From Octopus sinensis (taxonomy: Eukaryota): a stretch of 64,000 bases of DNA. The translations under genes were made by a program, and so were the position numbers. Under the pieces are notes generated by a model that saw only the letters and a program-made list of their open reading frames with translations, did no database searches and had not been told where the DNA came from. Positions 54,405 to 64,000 of this stretch are shown here, piece after piece (within the stretch, counting starts at the first letter, position 1; every line of letters begins with the position of its first letter). Location: positions 65,906,001 through 65,970,000 of the forward strand of contig NC_043008.1 of assembly GCF_006345805.1 (NCBI RefSeq). Reading direction: 5' to 3'.

Positions 54405-54780
54405 GGCACAGGAGTGGCTGTGTGGTAAGTAGCTTGCTTACCAACCACATGGTTCCGGGTTCAGTCCCACTGAGTGGCACCTTGGAAAAGTGTCTTTTAC
54501 AATAGCCTCGGGCCGACCAAAGCCTTGTGAGTGGATTTGGTAGACGGAAACTGAAAGAAGCCCTTCGTATATATGTATATGTATATATGTGTGTGTGTGT
54601 TTGTGTGTCTGTGTTTGTCCCCACCACCACCAACATCGCTTGACAACCGATGCTGGTGGTTCGTCAAAAGAGCCTGATAGAATAAGTACTAGGCTTACAA
54701 AGAATAAGTCCTGGGGTCGATTTGCTCGACTAAAGGCGGTGGCCGCAGTCAAATGACTGAAACAAATAAAAGAGTAAAAA
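54405..54780 (+). mobile_element. SINE family A
   Basis: ggcacaggagtggctgtgtggtaagtagcttgcttaccaacc... Confidence 0.92.
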
Positions 54781-55089
54781 AGTATCTGTCTAAATATTAT
54801 CATATGTGTAATTATTATTATCTGTGTAAATATTATTTTCTTTGTGAATATTATTTGTATAAATATTATCTGTATAAATATTATTATCTGTGTAATTATT
54901 ATTTGTAAAAATATTATCTATCCATCTTCTTCGCCCACTATTCCTGTATGTATGTATGTATTTATGCATATGTATGTATAAACTTATGAATATATGCATG
55001 TGAGTATGTGTGTGCGTGTGTGTGTATGCATGCATGTATTTACACATATATATGTATTCATATATATATACACGTATATAAATATTTCA

Positions 55090-55266
55090 TCTTCTATATT
55101 TAAGTAATGAGAACTTACGTACATTATTTACATTATTTACATTTGACAGATATTTGTTGTCAAACTTGTTTGTTAACACGTTTCGGCTGATATACCCTCC
55201 AGCCTTCATCAGGTGTCTTGGGGATATTTCGAACCTGGGTTCTCATTCCTATGGTATTTTTCGGTG

Positions 55267-55332
<66 letters not shown>

Positions 55333-55501
55333 TCACTGCCTGGAATCGAACTCGGAATCTTGGGGTAATTCTTGTAAGCATATGTAAGGGATATAACTTT
55401 AAGATAGAAACCTTAAAAATTGAATACTTTAGTAGCCCGCGCTCTTAACTACTACGCCCAAGATTCCGAGTTCGATTCAAGGCAGTGACCGGAATAATAA
55501 A

Positions 55502-55577
<76 letters not shown>

Positions 55578-55717
55578 TAATAATAATAATGATAATAATA
55601 ATAATAATATCGAAAAATACCTTAGGAATGAGAACCCAGGTTCAAAATTCCCCCAAGACACCTGATGAAGCCTAAAGGGTATATCAGCCGAAACGCCAAA
55701 TGTAAATAATGTAAATA
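55090..55717. mobile_element. Head-to-head pair of tRNA-headed, (AAT)n-containing elements with hammerhead-like cores
   Basis: Minus copy about 55090-55459, plus copy about 55457-55717; cores GACAC-CTGATGA-A-GGCTG..CAGCC-GAAAC at 55175-55217(-) and a mutated one at 55657-55696(+); flanking aaatatttca repeat. Confidence 0.8.
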
Positions 55718-55871
55718 AAATATTTCACCTGTATATAAATATAATTATCTGTAACTATCAGATCGTTTAGCGTATCGAACAGAATTTCTATTGAACTCCA
55801 AGGTTGTGCTCCAGCATGACCACAGCCGCATGGCTGAAATAAATAAAAGAATAAAAGACTAAAAGAACGTG

Positions 55872-55952
<81 letters not shown>

Positions 55953-56270
55953 GGATGGATGGATAGATAATAGATGGATAGGTAGGTAGGTAGGTAGGTA
56001 GTAGGTAGGTAGGTAGGTAAATAGGTAGGTAGGTAGGTAGGTAGGTAAGTAGGTAAGTAGGTAGGTAGGTAGGTAGGTGGGTAGGTAGGTAGGTAAGTAG
56101 GTAGGTAGGTAGTAGGTAGGTAGGTAGGTAGGTAGGTAAGTAGGTAGGTAGGTAGGTAGGTGGGTAGGTAGGTAGGTAGGTAAGTAGGTAGGTAGGTAGG
56201 TAGGTAGGTAGGTAGGTAGGTAGGTAGGTAGGTAGGTAGGTAGGTAGGTAGGTAGGTAGGTAGGTTGGTA
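55872..56270. repeat. (GATA)n/(GGTA)n microsatellite
   Basis: Direct reading. Confidence 0.95.
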
Positions 56271-56663
56271 AGTATGTATTTGTGTGTGTGAGTGTATGTG
56301 TGTGTGTGTGTGCATGCGCGCGCTAAATTGTTAAAGTCGTTAGAGCGGCAGATAGAATGCTATTCGGTAATGGATCAGTTATACCTTTCACCTCATCGAA
56401 ATTGATAAAGTAACTACCAGTTGTATACTACCTGTTGCGTAACTACAGTTGTATACCAGTTGTGTACCAGTTGTGTTCTCAAATCGGCTGTTCTCTGTTC
56501 AAATTCAATTGGCGATTCGGCTGTTCAAATTCTTTCTTCTCAAATTGATTGTTTGTTGAACTGAAGAATGATGGGTTCAGCTATTATCTGGTGTGTCTGA
56601 GACACACCATATTTCACAATGGCACCTCTGCGGCTCCATCAAAGATTTAAAGGCGTGTAACAT

Positions 56664-56723
<60 letters not shown>

Positions 56724-56743
56724 TAGATAGATAGATAGATAAC

Positions 56744-56888
56744 TTTCTTTATTGGCCACACAGGGCGGCACACAGATGGGACAAATTACAAGGTAGAGCT
56801 TTTCTTTTGGGGGATGAAAAAAAAAAGTGGCGTAGGTTTTCGATCAAAAGGGATCGTAAAAGGAAAAAAAAAAAGAAATAAAAGGAAA
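56744..56888 (-). mobile_element. LINE-like 3' tail abutting (GATA)n
   Basis: Minus strand ends ...tgtgtggccAATAAAgaaa then (TCTA)n; same tail at 28790. Confidence 0.55.
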
Positions 56889-57274
56889 GGCGTAGGAGTG
56901 GCTGTGTGGTAAGTAGCTTGCTTACCAACCACATGGTTCCGGTTTCAGTTTCACTGCGTGGCACCTTGGCCATGTGTTTTCTACTATAGCCTCTGGCCGA
57001 CCAAAGACTTATGAGTGGATTTGGTTGAAGGAAATTGAAAGAAGCCCGTCGTATATATATGTATGTGTGTGTTTGTGTGTCTGTGTTTGCCCCTCCCCCA
57101 ACATCGCTTGACAACCGATGCTGGTGTGTTTACGTCCCCGTAACTTAGCGGTTCGACAAAAGAGACCGATAGAATAATTACTAGGCCTACAAAGAATAAG
57201 TGCTGGGGTCGATTTGCTCGACTGAAGGCGGTGCTCCAGCATAGTCACAGTCAAATGGCTGAAACAAGTAAAAG

Positions 57275-57275
<1 letters not shown>
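56889..57275 (+). mobile_element. SINE family A
   Basis: Full family A sequence. Confidence 0.92.
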
Positions 57276-57312
<37 letters not shown>

Positions 57313-57313
57313 C

Positions 57314-57383
<70 letters not shown>

Positions 57384-57675
57384 CTTGTAGCCCGTGTCAT
57401 TAAGCTAATTGCCTATGATCGTCAGGTAGACATCTATAATTGGGCTAAACTACGGAAATGTATTATTACGTGTGGTTTAGCACACTAATGTAGAAGTGAA
57501 GTGAAAGTAAAATTAGTAGAAAATAAGAAGCGAAATGAAAATAACGAGATGAAAAAATAGTATTTCTAATCATTAAGTAAAAAAGCGAAACAATTCGACC
57601 AAAACTACAACCGTGCACACCTTGTGAACTGTATTTCCATTGAACAAGTGTTGGTATTAGTATTTAGCGTAGGAA

Positions 57676-57860
57676 GGTAGCGAGCTGGCAGAATCGTTAG
57701 CACGCCAGGCGAAATGCTTAGCGGTATTTTGTCTGCCGCTGCGTTCTGAGTTCAAATTCGGGGTTGATAAATTAAGTACTATTGAAACATTGGAATCGAT
57801 GTAATCGACTAGTCCCCTCCCACAAAATTTCAGGCTTTGGCCTATTGTAGAAAGGGTTAT
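57676..57860 (+). mobile_element. SINE family B, internally deleted
   Basis: gcgagctggcagaatcgttagcacgccaggcgaaatgcttagcgg... Confidence 0.85.
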
Positions 57861-57932
57861 TACTTTAGTGTATGGTTTATCTCACTGCTCACTGTTGTAA
57901 AAGTGAAATAATTGAATGCAGGGGAGCTATTC

Positions 57933-57983
<51 letters not shown>

Positions 57984-58000
57984 GCATATACACACATGCA

Positions 58001-58052
<52 letters not shown>

Positions 58053-58095
58053 CATACATACATATATATATATATATAAGAAATGAAGATATGTG

Positions 58096-58283
58096 AGTTA
58101 ATAATTATTTTTAACAGCAAATTGGCCATCTTCAATTCTTACACCCGTTTCAATTAATACTCAACAATTTAATTACAAATTACAAATGTAGAAATTTGTA
58201 ATTAAATTATTGAGTAGTAATTGAAACGGCCGTAAGAAGCGGAAATGACCAATTTTGTTTTTAATAATATACAATTATTAACT
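58096..58283. repeat. Imperfect fold-back
   Basis: ccgtttcaattaatactcaacaatttaattacaaat / atttgtaattaaattattgagtagtaattgaaacgg, extending more loosely outward. Confidence 0.85.
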
Positions 58284-58536
58284 TCTTTAGCTCCATTTTC
58301 TGTTCTTTTAACTGGATATAAACTATATGCTTAATATATACCTATTGTTGTTAGGGAATTTCATTCCCCCAAAAATACTAGGTATTGAACCAGTATTTCT
58401 TTGGACGCAAACATCCCTTCACGAGGTTAACGTATCTTCTAATTAAATATATATTGTAGCATTTAACTGAAGTACCAGTGAAATTTGGATGTTTTCCATC
58501 ACTTTGAAAGAAATTGTTTTTCCTTGGATTGATTTA

Positions 58537-58592
<56 letters not shown>

Positions 58593-58799
58593 GTTGTTGA
58601 TGGTAAGCTACTTCACAGCAATTGCCTTGAGAATTGCTAAGTCAGCTGGGTGTTCAATAAGGTTGTTGCAGCCGGGATAGCGATAGACATAAAACCACAT
58701 GCTCTTAAATAGTATTTTCCAAACAATTTGCGTGTTATTTTCGCACAGCGCAACGATCTGGTTCTTGCATTGGCAGCTTGCACTTCCCAAATACAAACC

Positions 58800-59776
58800 A
58801 ACCGACACCACCAACACTATCACCACTATCGCCACCACCACCATCACCGCCGCCGACGCCACCACCGCCACTACCGATACTACTACCAATACTGCTGTTA
58901 TCCCTAATACTACTATTACCAACACAACAACTGCTACCACCATTAATGCTTCGGCTACCACTACAACCATCTCCACTACTACTACCGCCACTGTTACTAA
59001 CACTGTTACTAACACCACCACCACAACTACTATTACCACAACAACTCCTACCACCACTACCACCACTACCACCACCATCACCACTACTACCACGACGACG
59101 ACCACCATCTCACCTACTACTACTTCCACTACTTTTACCACCACCTCTACTACCACTGCCATCACCACCACTACCATCATCACCACCACAACTACTACTA
59201 TGACCACCACCACCACTACTACTACTACCACCAACACCACAGCTACTACCACCAACCCCACAACTACTACCACCACCACTACCACATCTCTACTACTACC
59301 TCCAACACTACTAGCATCACCACCACCATCGCTACTACCACCACTACTACTACTACCAGCACTACTACCACCAACACTACTATGATTACTATCATCACCA
59401 CCACTACTACTACTACCACCAACACTACTATGATACTATCATCACCACCACTACTATGATTACTATTATAACCACCACTACTACTACTACCAGCACTACT
59501 ACCACCAACACTACTATGATTACTATCATCACCACCACTACTACTACTACCAGCACTACTACCACCAACACTACTATGATTACTATTATAACCACCACTA
59601 CTACTACTACCAGCACTACTACCACCAACACTACTATGATTACTATCATCACCACCACTACTACTACTACCAGCACTACTACCACCAACACTACTATGAT
59701 TACTATCATCACCACCACTACTACTACTACCAGCACTACCACCACCAACACTACTATGATTACTATCATCACCACC
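58800..59776. repeat. (ACC/ACT) low-complexity tract ending in a 60-bp minisatellite of about 6 copies (59380-59776)
   Basis: Unit ctactatgattactatcatcaccaccactactactactaccagcactactaccaccaaca. Confidence 0.9.
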
Positions 59777-60204
59777 GCTCCAATAGCATCAATACCGTTG
59801 AAAACAAAATGGCTTTCTTTTAAATGTTAATGTGTTCAATAATCAGCCGTAGATTATTCTATAAATAGGGGATAAGTGATGCAGGAAAGGGGAGAAGGGG
59901 GGAAGGATGTATCGGTGATCAATAAATAGGGAGATTTAAGAAAGGTGTTGGTGGTGGTGGGGAGGCAAGGAGGGTAAAATGTGATCGAGATATTCTGAAA
60001 AAAGTGTGAGGAAAAAGGTCAGTATGATAGGAAAGGGTGATAGGGAAGAGGGGAGGAGAAATGAGTAAAAAAGGGGTTGGTTAATGGGGTGATGTAGTGG
60101 GGAGGGGTGGCTGAAGATGATAAATGAAGAGGAGGAGGAGGCGGAGAGGAAGGACTACGAAATGAATAGTGGAGGGAGTAAATATGTGAGAGGAAGATGT
60201 ATGT

Positions 60205-60251
<47 letters not shown>

Positions 60252-60509
60252 CATGTATGTATGTCCGTCCGTGGATGGCTTCAGACTATTATCTGAAGCC
60301 AATATACAGTGAACGCTTAAAAACTAAAGTTCATAATTATATGTGTGTGTGTTGTGTGTGTTTATGCCTCTGTGTGTGTGTGTATGTTGTATGTGTGTAT
60401 GCCTGTGTGTGCGTGTGTGTGTCCGTGCATGTTTGGTGATGCAAATAGGCAAGTAGAACTCAAAACATGAGTAAACATGCATAATTTGTAGCATTCTTAA
60501 TGATCGGCA

Positions 60510-60725
60510 AGGTAGTGGAGACGGCAGAATCGTTAGCACACCGGGCGAAATACTTAGCGGTATTTCGTCCGTCTTTACGTCCCGGGGTTCAAATTCCACC
60601 GGGGTCGACTTTGCCTTTCATTCTTTTGGGTTCGATAAAATAAGTACCAGTTGAGCCCTGGGGTCGATGTAATCGACTCACTTCCTACTTCGAACTTGCT
60701 GGCCTTGTGCCAAAATTTGAAACCA
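60510..60725 (+). mobile_element. SINE family B
   Basis: ggcagaatcgttagcacaccgggcgaaatacttagcggtatttcg... Confidence 0.88.
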
Positions 60726-60814
60726 CTATAACAGAATTATTCAAGGATCAAGAGATTCGTGCATTGGCACGAGTGTGTGTGTGTGTGTGTGTGTGTGTAC
60801 GTATGTATTCTTTT

Positions 60815-61228
60815 ATTTTTTTGCATGTTTCAGTCATTTGACTGCAGCCTTGCTGGAGCATCACCTTAAAGAGTTTCAGTCGAAGAAATTGATCCCAGGA
60901 CTTATTCTTTGTAAACTTATTAATTATTCAATCCATCTTTCATTTTTTGCAGAACTGTAAGTTACGAGGACGTAAACACACCAACATCGGTTGTCAAGCA
61001 ATGATGCTGAGGGACAAACACAGGCATAAAAATACACACACACACACATACACACACACCTATATTTATATACGATGGGCTTTTTTCAGCTTCTTTTCTA
61101 TCAAATCCACTCACAAGGCTTTGCTCGTCCCGAGGCTATAGTAGAAGACACTTGCCCATGGTGCCATGCAGTGGGACTGAACCTGGAACTATGTGGTTGG
61201 GAAGCTAGCTTCTTACCAAAGAGCCATG
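60815..61228 (-). mobile_element. SINE family A
   Basis: Reverse complement of the family A sequence. Confidence 0.85.
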
Positions 61229-61532
61229 TCAGCACCTATGTATGTATGTATGGATGGATGGATGGATGGATGGATGGATGGATGGATGGGTTTTTTGTAA
61301 GAGGGTTAGATAAGGTGGAAAGATGGAATGAGTAAATGGGAAAGTGAATATGATAAATAAAGGTAAAGAGAAGGAGATGAGAGAAGGCCAGAGGGAGAGT
61401 TCAGTAGAGAGATGGGAGAAGGATGAGGAGAAAGAGATGAAGTGAAGAAATAATGAAATGTGTAAGAAGTTAGAGAGAACAGTGCAGTGGGGGAGATCAA
61501 AAGCAAGATTTAAAGAAGCGATTATGAGAGAG

Positions 61533-61580
<48 letters not shown>

Positions 61581-61966
61581 AGAGAGCGCGAGAGAAAAAA
61601 GAGAGGTGGGGAAGAAGGGTGGAAAGATGGAAGAAAGATATTATCGATATGCCATCGTAGCAGCCGAGTCAGAAGAGGAGACAAAGTGAGACTGATAAAA
61701 TGTGAAAGGGCCAAGGAGGGTGTGATATAGTTTAGAAGTGGATGAAAGTGATGGGAAGATTGGAGGAGGAGTGATAGAATATTTGGGAAGTGAGAAAAAC
61801 AAAGCAAAAGAATATATAAAAGGCAGAATGGGTCAGTGGGTGTGAGAGAATATAAAATAGAATAATAGAGAGAGAAGGAATGATGGTGTAAAAGAATGAC
61901 AGTGGAAAGAGGAGACAGAGAGCCAGAGTAGAAGTAGTAGAGTATAAAAGATGTGAGAATGAAAGT

Positions 61967-62147
61967 TGATTTGATATTAAAGAAGATAAATACGTGATGG
62001 GGGTCAATAATGGAATCCTTGTGAAGTTAGTAATTTATTGGGTCCCGTAATTTAGCTGATTTGATATTAAAGAAGATAAATACGTGATGGGGGTCAATAA
62101 TGGAATCCTTGTGAAGTTAGTAATTTATTGGGTCCCGTAATTTAGCT
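61967..62147. repeat. Exact 90-bp tandem duplication
   Basis: tgatttgatattaaagaagataaatacgtgatggggg...cccgtaatttagc occurs twice. Confidence 0.95.
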
Positions 62148-62801
62148 GGTCCCGTGCCGTCAAAAATGACGGCTAATTGTAGTATTTTATATATAAATAA
62201 GGTACAAAACCAAGTTTTTAGTTCAACAATTCTTTTGTTACCAAATTTTTTGTGAAAAAATATATCCGCAGTTAACTTGACTGCTTGTTTCCTTCAAAGG
62301 AATTTTAAAGTTTTCCTTCTTTCTTGTACGATTCAAGGCCACATAAAGTTGGCTGTGACTAAATAAGGGAGCTGGCAAAATACTGAAGATCTACAAACAA
62401 ATTGCGTAAGTAAAATTACGTAATCTGTTGATAGTGAAACAATGTTTACGATTAATCTATATCTTTGTAACTTTTCATTTGTCTTGCTTGCTTACGTTTC
62501 TGGTGTTTGCTAAGTTTTCTAGAGAACATTTCTTAGTGGTAAGACTATAGCGGATCTACTTCTAGCATTAGGGTGTCCACATAATGGTCATCCCTCTCAT
62601 ATGTATGTAATACAATTTACTGAACCTTCAGTTTTTAATATGCTAGACCACTGGTGTTAAATTGATGTTATCAAATTAATATCCAATTTTTCACCCTCAT
62701 TTTAATTTATATATATATATAATATTAACGAGTATAACTCCAAACTTACAGGGAAAGATTCAGTTTAGTATTAAATCAAATTTCACAATATAAATATATC
62801 A

Positions 62802-63119
62802 AATATAAATTAGAGATAAAACTACTATTATACTATTCAAACAATGATAGACATAAACCAAATCATAAATAACAAATAAAATATATTTTTATAAAACATA
62901 TAACTAGATCACAAAAAGTATAAAAATGAATAATCAATATATAATAAGTAATAAGTAATACTTATTATATATTGATTATTATATATTATTATTCATTTTT
63001 ATACTTTTTGTGGTCTAGTTACATGTTTTATAAAAATATTTTTTATTTGTTATTTATGATTTGGTTTATGTCTATCATTGTTTGAATTGCATAACAGTGG
63101 TCTTATCTCTAATTTATAT
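62802..63119. repeat. Long AT-rich fold-back with ~150-bp arms
   Basis: aatataaattagagataa...acaatgatagacataaaccaaatcataaat / atttatgatttggtttatgtctatcattgt...ttatctctaatttatatt. Confidence 0.92.
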
Positions 63120-63129
63120 TATATATATA

Positions 63130-63306
63130 GGCGCAGGAGTAGCTATGTGGTAAGTAGCTTGCTTACCAACCACATGGTTCCGGGTTCAGTCCCACTGCGT
63201 GGCATCTTGGGCAAGTGTCTTCTGCTATAGCCCCGGGCCGACCAATGCCTTGTGAGTGGATTTGGTAGACGGAAACTGAAAGAAGCCTGTCGTATATATG
63301 TATATG

Positions 63307-63349
<43 letters not shown>

Positions 63350-63564
63350 TTGTGTGTCTGTGTTTGTCCCCCTAGCATCGCTTGACAACCGATGCTGGTG
63401 TGTTTCGTCCCGTCACTTAGCGGTTCAGCAAAAGGGACTGATACAATAAGTACTGGGCTTACAAAGAATAAGTCCCGGGGTCGATTTGCTCGACTAAAGG
63501 CGGTGCTCCAGCATGGCAGCAGTCAAATGACTGAAACAAATAAAAGAGTAAAAGAGAGTAAAGA

Positions 63565-63565
<1 letters not shown>
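63130..63565 (+). mobile_element. Full-length SINE family A
   Basis: ggcgcaggagtagctatgtggtaagtagcttgc...aatgactgaaacaaataaaagagtaaaagag. Confidence 0.92.
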
Positions 63566-63601
<36 letters not shown>

Positions 63602-63658
63602 CTGAAAAGAAAATGCAGATCTACGATAGACACGTTTTAATTTATTAACATAATATTA

Positions 63659-63733
<75 letters not shown>

Positions 63734-63769
63734 AATATTATAATCCTACAGTTGTTTCAATTCAGACCC

Positions 63770-64000
63770 AATAATAAATTTATAAAAATTCATGTCTATA
63801 GATAAGAATCTCATCAGGGAAATGTTTGTCAAAAATTACATGAGGATTTCTAGATCCTAGAACAGACTGAATTCCTGGATCGGCTGCTGTGTAGAATTCA
63901 GTCTGCTCTAAGATCTAAAAATCCTCATATGTAACTTTTGTCCAATATTTCCCTGATGAAATTCTTACCCGTAAACATGAATTTTTATAAATTTATTATT
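63770..64000. repeat. Fold-back with >=105-bp arms and a ~19-nt loop (may extend beyond the window)
   Basis: aataataaatttataaaaattcatg...cagactgaattc / gaattcagtctg...catgaatttttataaatttattatt. Confidence 0.9.

Noticed and set aside
58608-59830. Thr-rich mucin-like and poly-Val ORFs
   Set aside because: Products of ACC/ACT triplet repeats that are open in several frames on both strands

Overview
Repeat-dominated, AT-rich eukaryotic DNA with no recognisable intact protein-coding gene. The dense tRNA-derived SINE families, microsatellites, microsatellite-associated RLE LINEs and Penelope-type fragments point to an octopus (coleoid cephalopod) intron or intergenic region; this is an inference. 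Supported features are one intact tRNA-Ser(TGA), about 30 SINE copies from four families, many R4/Dong-like and RTE-like LINE fragments, a 410-bp solo LTR, two mariner remnants plus MITEs, a 1.7-kb non-autonomous Helitron, minisatellites and several long fold-backs. The standout is a 2.2-copy head-to-tail array (15313-16380) of a 487-489 nt unit sitting in a (TA)n tract. Each full unit carries a type I hammerhead ribozyme with a long stem II and folds into a branched, G-U-rich structure on the + strand. This is a candidate retrozyme (self-cleaving, circular-RNA retroelement). Five more minimal or degenerate hammerhead motifs lie in two other short repeat families, one of them tRNA-headed. Almost all ORFs in the supplied track are microsatellite artefacts or dead transposon fragments. 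Repeat boundaries were read by eye and are approximate unless TSDs or termini are quoted.
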